A program made the translations under genes and the position numbers. DNA of 64,000 bases from Laetmonice hystrix (taxonomy: Eukaryota). Shown here piece after piece: positions 1-25,011 of the stretch (the stretch's first letter is position 1; each line of letters starts with the position of its first letter). The notes under the pieces are model-generated. The model searched no databases. It saw nothing but the letters and a program-made list of their open reading frames with translations, and had not been told where the DNA came from. The DNA is taken from positions 17,114,001 through 17,178,000 of the forward strand of contig OZ249436.1 of the NCBI GenBank assembly GCA_965235115.1. The letters are read 5' to 3'.

Positions 1-864
1 ATTCCGCTCAAAAAGTATAAAAAATTAAAGCTCCACCGTTTTAAAAACCGTTTGGTATCACATGCAAAAACTCAAATAAGTTGAAATGAGACCAACCATA
101 TGTAATGTGAGAACGCTCAGCTGACACCGTTGCGATCTAACGCTCTATCTTCCAACCGCTTCGCCATTTTGGATAACCGGTCAACAGGGGAATCCCCTTA
201 TGCGCACGAAGACGATCTACTTCCGCTCTCCTTTTCAGCTTTTAAGCTCTCTTGGATACATCGATTTCCGTCGCTTAAAAGCCCGTTTCCTCGGAGGCAT
301 ATTTGCAAAGCAAGCACATGTTCAACTATGGTGGAGAGATACGGGAAGTTAGCATGGGATTCCCTGGAACTTGGGACTATTATGGGATGTTGTTCGACGT
401 CATTTGCAGCGCCACTTTTTGCGGAGAGAGGAGGCAAATTCAAACTCTTCCTATTATCCTGTTATAGCTTCGGCCCGAATCGTAGTTAACAAAAATCATC
501 ATACTGCAGTATTGCAGCAACAGTGTGTCTTCACATATATGTCAATAGGTTGCTATCGATGACAGGTAAGTGTTTTATTTTCGAAGTTACGTGCGGCGTA
601 CTTTTAAGCCTATTAAATTTAAAAAAAAATGAAAGAATAGAATAGACCTACAGAAAGAGGCTTAATATATGGGCTAGATATGGTACAAAAAATAAATAAA
701 TAAAGATGTTTGATTTTATAGCACAGGCTTCGCCCTCCTATAAGTTAAATTCCTATCAAAATCTATGAAAAGATCAGCAAGGGAATTATTATTCTTCGGT
801 TTGCTTTTTTTTTCTCTTCCGCAGATTTTAGCCTAGCCATCTGGCGGCCGACTGGAGATTGACA

Positions 865-8104
<7,240 letters not shown>

Positions 8105-9043
8105 CGCGTGTTTTAGCCAAAAGAAATCTTGCAACAATGTTGTACGTTTGTATAAACATCAAATATACCAGTATAGCTATTTTTCTATGATCAGCGGTAT
8201 TGTGATGCTGACCTTTGACCTGATCATATGTTGTATATTATACATGATAGACTTAGGTCTTTCCAGACATTTGGACGTCCTTTTTCCTATGGTCCGTACC
8301 TTTCGACAGTTTATATTATTACACGACTATTGTTTGTAAGAAGCGTTACGCTGTAACTTAGGACAGATATATATTTGTATATTTATATGTTTGGTATATG
8401 TCAAGAGCACACGATATTTGGTACGCAATGCAAATCATATACTTTCACAGGAGATTGGCACGCTTTGACCGTACATAACCATGATATATTGTAAGTAGTA
8501 TATAAAATGAGAGTTGTGCTCTACTAGGCACATAACTCTCATTTTATATACTACTTATAGGCCTATGCGTACTTGTATGTATGCATATATATTCATGCCT
8601 ACATTACACCATTACACGTATGTACAATTTCTCACCATGTTGTCAAGACACACTGTTGAAATAAATTATATGACCGAGGGTTCAGTCTTGTTGTTATGGC
8701 AGAAATCCACGCCCGGTTTCCATGTGAACAGACTCGCTCCCATCTCGGTAGAAATGGTACCGGTAAGTTTACACCAGCCCGAATTTTCTACATGCATGGT
8801 AAGTGGGCCTTAGCCTAGGGGCAAGTTTGCGGGACGGGTCTGGCTAGTTTTATATTTTTATTTATGCTTAGCTTTAACAAGTCTTAGTTTGTCAAGACAA
8901 ATAAAACGTTAGTATACGTATAACGGAAGGCAGAACCTGTTAGTATCTCACGGAAAAAAAGAACCCCTGTTGTGTACGCCACATCAAGTAGCTAGCCTAT
9001 GTTCATCGCTATCAGATATTCCCAGGGTCCTGGGATTAATTAC

Positions 9044-9423
9044 AGGGATCCAAATACATTAACCTTTACAGAGATGACCTACCCTGTCTGTACAGAAATA
9101 TATCATAACAACGATCTACCTGATTATGTGTTGATTTACTCCTAACAATAGCGAAACTGGACGAGCACACGTCCCATTCTTCGCTGACGCCAGCACCGGT
9201 CCGACTAAACACCGAAACCGACCAAAATTGACCAACTTCATTGCCATCTGGAGGTCGATGTCTGTATAGGCCTATGCCAAAATCGGTTTCTGTACCGATG
9301 TACTGGAACCCGGTTTCATGTATACGACAGGCTGCAGGCATCTGGTCTGAGATGAATTTGCAAACATGAAGGTAGTCGGAAATATATGGAACCTTTTCTA
9401 AAATAAGATGCAATTGGGTCCCT
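9044..9423. mobile_element. Old Kolobok-like (TTAA) non-autonomous element
   Basis: Degenerate inverted ends ttacAGGGATCCAAATACAT / ATGCAATTGGGTCCCTttaa. Confidence 0.4.
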
Positions 9424-9745
9424 TTAAGATTATCGACACTAATGTATCACGAATAACGAACAGACAATAACGTCCAATCCATTCTGTTTTTATTATTCCA
9501 ATATCAAGCGTAAGCTCTTTAAATTAAAGTCCTAGTGAGACTAGAAGATAGAGATTCTATATAGGCCTACCTTTCACATACAGAGAATAATGCAGGCACC
9601 CAGAATAAACACCTATATTTGCTTAAAGTTCTCACTCTAACCTCTGCAGGTTATATCCACAAGTTCGTTTACATTCACACATGCTTTCTTACCCTTTGGG
9701 TTAACCACGACGCTTGCTGTCGTCATGGCAATGATTAATACCACA

Positions 9746-9985
9746 CTGCCACCTGGTGGCCTCTGTGGACACCAAGGAATCACCACCAGATGGCGCCAGG
9801 TAAGGGGACCTCTCTAAACGTAACGGAGGACCTCTATACTGACCTGTTACCACAAACCTCACACGGATGTTTTTGCAAAGTACATTTTACCTTCCAGGAC
9901 TGGACTTTATGAGGTGTACATGTACCAGGGATAGTTGTAAACAATATTTTACGTGTACTCGGACACCCACAGTGCCATCTGGGGG
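9746..9985. promoter_or_regulatory. Cluster of CTCF-like motifs between convergent genes
   Basis: ctgccacctggtggcc (9746-9761), ccaccagatggcgcca (9783-9798), cagtgccatctggggg (9970-9985) resemble the CCASYAGRKGGCRS consensus; motif match only. Confidence 0.5.
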
Positions 9986-10812
9986 CTTTTAACTGAACCT
10001 CTCTGGGGAATCTGTTCTGGGCGATTTAATTGTAATCACCACCAATCGCCGTTTGGTGAACATGACCGGTGCATTTATCAATTTCAACAGTCATGCTTTG
10101 CTAGGGCATATTACCACATGAACTATTTATTATCTAACCTAAATCTACCACAAATAACACTTATTTACAAAATTACATCTAGTGTATTTATATATAGTAA
10201 TGTATAATGTGGTAATAATATACAACACATAGATTTAAGGATTAAGTGAGGACAAGTTAGACAGACCTAAGCCTCAATAAATATGAAAAAATGGATAAAG
10301 TCCTTGACAGCCCAACAATGTTTGAAATGAGAGTGGAGTCCAAGGTATGTAAGTAAGTGGTGTTTGTCTACAGCTCAGCATGGGGGAGCTAAACATAATA
10401 CTCCCAGTGGCAATGCCTTTGTACAATATGCCTTCATCCCAAACTCCACATACACACATCATAGAACACACAACATGGTTGAGATATTACCTAACCCGGC
10501 ATAATGCCACATTTCCACGTCACCCTCTCACTTATTGACCCTACCTAAGCTCATAAATTTAATCTCCCAGATGCACCTCCATTCTGATCCCTTATCCTTT
10601 GCGTGACTTTCCATCATTTGATGAAAGCGTCTAGAGTATATATGTTCACCATATTTCACAATGATAAATCATAAGGCCACAAAGCAAGCTTGAACGAAGC
10701 TGTTTAGTTGATATCATAATATTTGGTATGTCCTCCAGAACTTTTCGCAGCCTAAATAGGCTTCACCATGCTAGAACATGGCTCTTTCTGGTCTTATCAA
10801 TCTGGGGCGGGT

Positions 10813-16595
<5,783 letters not shown>

Positions 16596-17369
16596 CTTGC
16601 TTGGGGGGGGGGCGGGGGGGGCTTTTCATCCTTCAGAACGCAGTTTTCATTGGTAGACTCGGATTGAATACTGAAGTCCTGCCCAATCATAATTTCGCTT
16701 ACAGAGCATGTTCGGCCAAGGTCTTCCGGCTGGCGAGGGGATTCCCTGACCTATATTGGCTATAATAATGATGTCGGGATACCCCCTTCTCTAGCCCCGA
16801 ACAAAACGTCCAACAGTCTGTTTACAATCTCACTTGCTGCCTTGCCAGTTGTTGGTATGGCCTTTACTACACGTCTCAATCTCATCTCTACCAGTACCAC
16901 TGTCAGTGACAGAGTGACATTGTCAGTGACAGTGGACTGGTACTGGTAGGGGCTACGGTAGTGCGTATATTGTATTGCCGCGCTACGTCTACGCCACTGC
17001 ACTAGCACTCCCGGTAGTCCAAGTATGGCAGTAGTTGGGACGCTAACTTACTAACTGACGGAGCAGTGCTCAGTACCTGTACGGGAGGGTATTCGGCTAG
17101 ATCTACACTACGTAACACTTGGGTTTTATTTCTGTATAGTGCCGGGGTAGAGTACTAACATGCACACTAAAATCTAAATGAAACGTTTAAAGTTATGCAT
17201 TCTAATATATTTGGAGGTTTTTTTAAGCTAATATTCCCATTACACATTGGCATTGGCTAAAGTTAAATCAGTAAGTGTGTTTTTCCTTACAATTGGGGCA
17301 GATATTTACCCCTCTGTTAATTATATGAGATGTGCATTTTTTTCATTTTACAGAAGAGCTGCATGTAAG

Positions 17370-19929
17370 ATGCCAAGAATGTTGTCAGTTTCAAGTGGTG
17401 TGGTTTCAGTGGTTGGAGGTGTTGCAACGTGTGCAGGATTGCTTTATGTGATACGATATTTGTGGGGACGTCAACATCGCGTTTCTGTTCGTGACAAAGT
17501 GGTCCTGATCACTGGAGCCAGTTCAGGCCTTGGTGAAGGTAAGCAGGCAAATTATCCCAAGTATATGATCTTTAAAAAATCCTTATGTTAGCAATCTTTG
17601 AGTAAATGCTGAAATCTGATAAAGTTTAACTGAATACTTTTTTATTGATGAAATTCTTTGCTTTCATTTTGGTGCAGCCTGTGCACACCTCTTTCATGAA
17701 GCTGGTGCCAAAGTTATTCTGACTGCTCGCCGTACAGATGAACTGGAGAGGGTGAGAAGGGAGCTGCAGGCGTGCAGAGTTGTAAGTCATTGAAAATGGT
17801 CCCTTCAGATCTGTAGTTTCAGTTTCAATCGATATTCTTAAAGATCTTCTATAAACTTATGTCAGGGATGGCGAATTCCTGTCCCTCATGCCTGGAGCAA
17901 GTTGAGATTGAGTTATTATGTTTAAACTATCTAATAACCAGCCACAAAAGTATTTGGGGCAGGTATTTTCCAGAGAAGGGTACATGGAATTTAAAACTCA
18001 CTTGCCTTGAAGAGAGTTTAAATTGACATAAAGGGAACTCTTACTAATGCCTCCAAACCCTGCAGGTATGATGCTTTCATTTTGTGAAGTAAATGCATAT
18101 TTTTTCCATAATGAACTCCCATTTAAAGATCTAAAAATTGAGAGATAATTTTTGTTTATAGAATGGAGCGGTCCACAACCCCATGATTCTTCATCTAAAC
18201 CTAGAAGACTTACCTGACATTCCCAGAGTTGCCCATGAAGCATTGAGTATCTATGGCCATATTGATATACTTATCAACAATGCTGGAATCAGCTTCCGTG
18301 GATCAGTGGCGTCTACCACCTTGGAAACTGATGTCAAACTCATGACCGTCAATTACTTTGGACAGTTAGCACTCACTAAAGGTAGAAGTCAATTAACAAA
18401 TTATACTCTAATCATGCAGTATTAATATTGTAATCATGTCACTGGAATAGGTGTCAAGAGTTCTCATTAGAAATATGCTCTGATCAAATTGCAATCAGAG
18501 CCCTCATGTATTAACTCATGTGTTCACCATTGTGTCATGTATAGAGCTTCAATCCTCTTTGCTTCAGCGTTGTTGCCTAGTATGGTGTCCAGGCAGAAGG
18601 GCCACATCGTCTGTGTGAGCAGTGTCCAGGGTAGAATTGCCATCCCATTCCGTGCCCCATGTAAGTCTGAGTGTTACAGTGTCCAAGGTAGGACTGACAT
18701 CCCATTCCCTGCCCCATGTAAGTCTGAGCGTTACAGTGTCCAGGGTAGGACTGCCATCCCAAACTGTGCCCCATGTAAGTCTGAGCGTTACAGTGTCCAG
18801 GGTAGGATTGCCATCCCATTCCGTGCCCCATGTAAGTCTGAGTGCTAGTGTCCAGGGTAGGACTGCCATCCCAAACTGTGCCCCATGTAAGTCAGTGTTA
18901 CAGTGTCTAGGGTAGGATCGCCATCCCATTCCGTGCCCCATGTAAGTCAGTGTTACAGTGTCCAGGGTAGGATTCCCATCCCATTCCGTGCCCCATGAAG
19001 TCAGTGTGACAGTGTCCAGGGTAGAATTGCCATCCCATTCCATGCCCCATGTAAGTCTGAGTGTTACAGTGTCCAGGGTAGGATTGCCATCCCAGTCTGT
19101 GCCCCATTTAAGTCTGAGTGTTACAGTGTCCCGGGTAGGACTGCCATCCCATTCCGTACCCCACGTAAGTCTGAGTGTTACAGTGCCCAGGGTAGGATTG
19201 CCATCCCATTTCGTGCCCCATGTAAGTCCGAGTGTTACAGTGCCCAGGGGAAGGATTGCCACCCCATTCCGTGCTGCATGTGGGTCCACTGACCTAATCT
19301 TATGTCCTTTTTTAATAAAATGCCGTCATTTTTGTCTCATCAGATGCAGCATCAAAACATGCATGCCAGGCGTTTTTTGACAGTCTCCGTGCTGAGGTTT
19401 CCCAGCATAACATCATGGTGACAGTGGTGAGTCCGGCGTACATCCGCACAAACCTCTCATTGAATGCAGTCACTGGAGATGGATCATCATATGGAAGTAA
19501 GACCCGATTTAATTTTAGTTTTATTATAAAAGTTCAGATAATTCATGTCATATTTTATTAATCAAACTGGGGTCTGGGGTATGATTTCAAGTTCTCTGGA
19601 GCAAAAAATTTGAGATGCTTGCAGTTGGGTGGGAAATTAGTTATACCAGCGCCATGATGTAACCATTCAAAATTTTAGGCATGCTTTGTTTTCATTATTA
19701 CACACTTCAATTTGCAGAATTAGACAGCACGACGGAAAGTGGAATGAGATCCACATATGTAGCCAGAAGAATTCTACAAGCAGTAACCAAGGGAGAGAAA
19801 GATCTCATATTGGCTCCTCTACTCATTTACATAGTCACATTACTTAGGTCGGTCTGGCCAAGTGTATATTTCTCTGTGATGGAGCGTCAAGCCAGAAAAC
19901 AAGCTGCTCAGATGGAAAAAAAGAAATAA
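17370..19929 (+). CDS. DHRS7B: Dehydrogenase/reductase SDR family member 7B
   Basis: Exons 17370-17538, 17678-17781, 18162-18381, 18568-18660, 19344-19496, 19718-19929. N-terminal [11 protein letters not shown] (TGxxxGxG), [22 protein letters not shown], catalytic YAASKHA and [18 protein letters not shown], typical of DHRS7B. Confidence 0.93.
18620..19282 (+). repeat. 55-57-bp tandem array of DHRS7B exon end + donor, ~12 copies
   Basis: Unit cagtgtccagggtag(a/g)attgccatcccattccgtgccccat|GTAAGTctgagtgtta; donors at 18661, 18718, 18775, 18832... Confidence 0.95.
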
Positions 19930-21745
19930 ATTTAAGCAGCCAACTCATACATACAAGGTTGGGGGGGGGGGGCTGAGTGTTGATCATCTTTTACAAGTCA
20001 TATCATGATGTGTATGAAGGTATCACTAATTGGCAATGTCTATCAGTCATTCTTTGATCAAGGTGTACCAGTTATAACTAGATGTTAATAAAGGGTCAGT
20101 TTGAAGTGACCTGTACTGTTTCCCAACTAAATATATACCTATAAATATAGACTATTTTTGTAATTATAAAAATTAGTGTAAGAAATAAAGAAAATATAAA
20201 ATTTTAAGCGACTGCCACACATTTTGTTCAAAAATGTACAGCATTTCAGTTTATGTACTACAAGGCAGGTGATCACACTTCTAAGACATTAATGACTCAG
20301 AAAATACATTAAGGAATTTCTGCCCATCCTAGACCTTCCGCCTGAGGCAGGCTATTAATGCTGACATAAATTTCATGAATTACAATAACAACATGAAAAT
20401 CAACTTCTTGAGAATTTCACTGTAACATTTATTTGGGTTTTGAATGCATCCATTAAATATTTCTATTGCATTCTCGACACAAGAGATGTTACTCACAGCC
20501 TTCAGTTCCTCTGCTTTCTCCTGACTGTGTCAAACTGTTACTGGTCATCCACAAGCCATTTTATATTTGTGTTTTAATTCATTAAAAAATTCATGGGGCA
20601 GAAAGGCATGTGCACAATAACAGTCGAACGGTGAAAATCATTGAAGATGTCTGTTATTGCTAGTACATGTATACTTGCTATACTGACGTCTCCTCTTTCC
20701 CTTGATGAAAATAATACATTGACATATCAAATCAAACTGTAACTCTTAGCTTTGTGTTGTCTATACCTCTTCTGGCAAATAAACTTCCTCTTTATAACCA
20801 TTTAGGGCCTCCTTAAGTGATAAACAACGAGAAATTGCTTACTAGCAGGTTGTGCGTTGAGGATTAAATTCTAATTTTTTTATATAGATAATTGTCACAC
20901 GTGGCTGGATGTATGGTGAATAAATACTTGTACTCTGATTTGCTTGAAACGTCCATAACTTTTTTCTTTGAAGTCCTCACGATAGAGTTAATGAGTTATA
21001 AATAGGGTAATACAAGATATGTTTACTAGTATCAATTGACATTCAACAGTACTCCCTGAACTTCTTTTGATAAAATAAATAACCAGTTAATGCAGATCTA
21101 TTGTTAACTTATGTTTACCAATATTAAAAAGCTTTCTTATTAAACTAGTGTATGGTGAACTTCTTATCAATCAGGGCCAGCTTTTAACATCCAAAGCGAC
21201 CAGTGCTTATTGCCCAAACAAGTTTAACCAGTTAATAAGCGGCTGATTGGAGCCTTAGTTAAAAATCTTTTAAATTCCAGGCACTGGTCCTCGCACACAA
21301 ATCTGATCATGCTATTATTATCAATATCAGTACAATTTCTGTTTTTCATACTACGAGATCTCGACGAGTGCTGGCACCTTAAAGTTTGACAACATTGCCA
21401 GTAAGACCTCCCAGTTATTAAACCCGAGTTCCTGACCCAAACTTCTCCACATCACACACATTTGCAATCTGAGCTATGCTGAATACACTAAATATACTAG
21501 TTGGCACACATCACTGTTGTGACTGATTATATCGGGATATTTGTTGTATATTATACCACAGTTCTTTCGGTGCTCCTGTCCAATGTATCACAATCCTTGG
21601 TAGCAATATCACGTGCACCTCCTGAATTATAACCTTTTATTTGAAGAGAGACCTCAACTACTAGTTGATGTGCAACCTGGTAGATGCTGTGCACTCTTGT
21701 GGTTCAACATGTTTCAGACAGTTTGTTGTGGTGTCACTAAGACTC

Positions 21746-24289
21746 CTACGGTTTGAAGTACCATTCATACACCTTCCAGCTGCAGAATGCTGTCGCCAGC
21801 AGTGATATGGTCGTGTGCAGTACTTTCCTCCTGAAGTCATCCTTTCGAACAAGGATGACAGGCGATCCTGATGTTAAATGATGGAGTGGTACTTTCTGTA
21901 ACTTCTTGGGATCATACTCCAGTTGATATTTACAGCATGGGTCAAACTGCCATGAAATAGTGTACACCCCAGCACAAACAGCACTGGCAAAACCTAGTGG
22001 CAAGTAATAATATCCTTGGTCTGGCCAGCAGTAACCTGTCCCAAGGCATCCGAGTCCTGCTAGAACGGCCGTCTTGTGGAGACAGTTGCCCACAGTGACC
22101 CAGCGCGCAGTTTCTTCACCTAGATTGTATGGTTCAATGATGATGACTGGAACTTTGTCTTCGAGGGCCTTCTCCAGTTCATTTTCAAAGTACTCTGCTG
22201 CGTTGTCATTCTCATAGATCTCCCGGATTATAATGTAGTCATCATCTGAACCTTGACTAAAACAGAAGGAAACTTGTGTGAGAAAACGGAACAAAAGTTT
22301 AGGAATAAGTTTCACACTGTGACAGGGACATACAGAGCCAGGTAAGTGCAATGGGGGGGAGCATAAGCATTTACAGCATAAAAATTTGGAAAAGGCCACA
22401 TTCTGTTCCATTGTTAACAAGCTCATGAAGCTTAGCCCCACAAAATGCTCTGGATCCCGTCTTTCTAAGAATTTCACTTTTGCTGGAGATCGTCGTTAGT
22501 AAGACAGGCTCGTGGAGTCTTGAAGAAACAATGACATTGCAAGGTCAAGAATGGTCATAGAAAATATTGTTATGTGACCCACTGAAAAGGTGCATGATCT
22601 GGAATGAAATATCAAGGTAATGAAAGGTTGAAGAAAGTGTTCTGCAACTTATATGACTTTCTGTTCACCTGTATTAATAACTTAGGTTATCTTCTACAGT
22701 TCTGGAGATATTAGAAAAAGTGGATTACCTTGATTTCCTTTTAAGCCATTAAGGCCATGAATAGTTGAACTTGAAGAAAATAGTGCCATATAGAAATTGA
22801 TAGACGACTTCCTATAGTATATGGTTGCCATATGGAAATTGATAATATACGACTTCCTATAGTAAATATATGGTTATCGTACTTTTATTTTTTTGCAGGG
22901 GGTTGGGTGGGGGTGAAAAAACAAATATGGTCGGCTCGCCATGCAGGCCTCTGAAAATTGAAAATGTGCGTAACCCATAAATGGGTTCCGCAAATTTTTT
23001 TCAGGTAAACTATTCATTTTGCGTAACCCATTTACAAAACTGTTAGGCTATGTAAACTCAGTAAAAGACTTATCACTTACACATGGATATGGATTTCTTT
23101 AATATTCCATAAACATAGCGATATACTGAGAAGCATGCCAAAGGAGACATTCAAAGATCGTCAATTATTTCACCAGAACCGGTGAGTTTAAAACCCGTCT
23201 TACTAAGGTCTAGTTAGTAGCGTAACGTATAGGGAACGGTCTAGTTAACTTAACGGCTGGGGAGGGGGTGCCGCTAACGTTGTCTGGTTGTCACCTTGGC
23301 GACGGCCTACTTTACCAGCAGTTAACTATATCGTATACGATGTTTAGTAAGACGGGCCCCAGGATAGGCTGGCAGGGCGGCGGTAGGTAGGGACAGCTAC
23401 GGTGGCCGTGGGGAACCCCATGATCCCATGCACTGACCGCTCAATCAGTCACCAGTCCCCTGCCCTGGCACATGGCATTATGTAATAGGTGGGTCTGGGG
23501 AGGTAAGGGTGGGTTTGTGGACACCTGCTCAGCCTGAGTTATTCCCCCACTATGTCTTATTGTCTATGCCAGTCTATGGTAACATTCCCACGAAATTGGT
23601 GGTAAAACTAAAAGTTCAGGAATAGGGGTTGCGATAGAAGTTGGGATAAGTTTTTAGGGAGTTTGACTAGGGGGAGGATTAGGTTTCAGGGCCAGCAATT
23701 TGGTACGTCAGACATTATGTCTGATGTCCTTGAAAAGTTTTCGCATACACTGTGTATCATAATCATAGGCCTACCCGGCGACGAATCGTCGGGTCGGAAG
23801 AAATCTAGCAGTGCTAGACTTGAAGCGGGTGATACACCCTGCGACTTTTTTGTCAGCGACAAAAAATCGTGAGTCGCAGCGTGTATCATAATCACCCGTT
23901 TAATAAGGGGACCGCTGACTGGTCCCCTGCTCAACTCCTATCGCATCGGAGATAGATCTAGTCCTATCTCCGAGAGGAGCGAGGAGTGAGCAGGGGACCA
24001 GTCAGAGGGGACCGGGGCAATAGTGCTGCCGCCACGCGGAAAAGACGGTAACACAAGTACTTGAAGTAGACTAGTCTAACGTGTTAGGCCTATCTCATTC
24101 TACCACGGAAAGAATGCTCTTCAAGTTCAAGGAAAAGGCTGCTGAGTAGTTCGTTCAGAGTAAAATTTAATCCTATAACATTTTCCGACATGGTATATAT
24201 TTCAGGCAAGTGTCACTGTTCAATGAGGAAAGGGTCACAATGTAAGTCTGACGAAGTTCATCTCACCTTTCTGGACCGGTGTCCGCCAT
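21746..24289 (-). CDS. TMEM11: Transmembrane protein 11, mitochondrial
   Basis: Two exons 24289-24267 (MADTGPE, phase 2) and 22256-21746. IIREIYENDNAAEYFENELEKALE, LGEETARWVTVGNCLHKTAVLAG, ISWQFDPCCKYQ and SPVILVRKDD match TMEM11. Confidence 0.95.
23194..23360. mobile_element. Harbinger-like MITE (family with GGGCCCGTYTYACTAA ends), degenerate
   Basis: cccgtcttactaa ... ttagtaagacgggcccc followed by ag; related to the 24560, 46387 and 60797 copies. Confidence 0.6.
23915..24005. mobile_element. 91-bp palindromic insertion with 9-bp direct flanks (MULE-like MITE)
   Basis: ctgactggtcccctgctca...tgagcaggggaccagtcag flanked on both sides by AGGGGACCG (23906-23914, 24006-24014). Confidence 0.65.
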
Positions 24290-24559
24290 TATTACTTACT
24301 GAAAACGAGGCTGTGGCCGAACTCCGCACGGCTGTTGCCCCCGCCCCTTACATAGGACGCTGGGCACGGTACAGATCTGCTTGGAGCATGGTGGTGTATG
24401 ATGTACGAATACGATACGACATGCTAAATGTTCCTGCGTTGGCTACTCGTTATTAAAACGTTTTCCTTTTGATTGTTTGTTGTCTCTCTTTCCGTTTAAT
24501 TCCTGAGTTAGGATGTTAGATTAGAAATCCATTTTTTTAACGTCGTAGACACGAGACAG

Positions 24560-24701
24560 GGGCCCGTTTCACTAAGGCTGGTTAATAACCAGATCGTTAA
24601 GTTAACATAGGAGTGAATGGAAGGCTGCTGGTTACAGCCAACATTCACTGCTATGTTAACTTAACGATCTGGTTATTAACCAGCCTTAGTGAGACGGGCC
24701 C
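24560..24701. mobile_element. Harbinger-like palindromic MITE in the TMEM11/GGA divergent promoter
   Basis: cag|GGGCCCGTTTCACTAAGGCTGGTTAATAACCAGATCGTTAAGTTAACATAG...CTATGTTAACTTAACGATCTGGTTATTAACCAGCCTTAGTGAGACGGGCCC|ctg, near-perfect hairpin with CWG flanks. Confidence 0.8.
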
Positions 24702-25011
24702 CTGAACTAGTAAAATTAAAAATGAAAAAAATCCCTGCTTTCTGCTTTTTTTAATCATAATTTTACATAAAATGATCGAGTTTCACTTTTTTGGCTAGAC
24801 TAGAGACTAGAGATCGAGGGTTTGCCTAGTTTTATACTTAGTCTAGATCTCTAAATATTGATATAATCTAATAATTTGCAAAAATTAAATTTTGCCCCCC
24901 CCCCTCGGGATGCGTCGTCTGCTAAAAGCCCTCGTGTGAAAAACTGCCGTGCTGACGTTTCAAATCTCGTCAGAACGAGATCTTAATTCACGTGATCAGC
25001 AAGCCGTCAAC

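Noticed and set aside
18564..19380. 241-aa and 140-aa repetitive ORFs
   Set aside because: Read-throughs of the 57-bp DHRS7B junction array.
22257..22477. N-terminal extension of the TMEM11 ORF
   Set aside because: Lies upstream of a good acceptor at 22257-22258; a proper first exon exists at 24289-24267.
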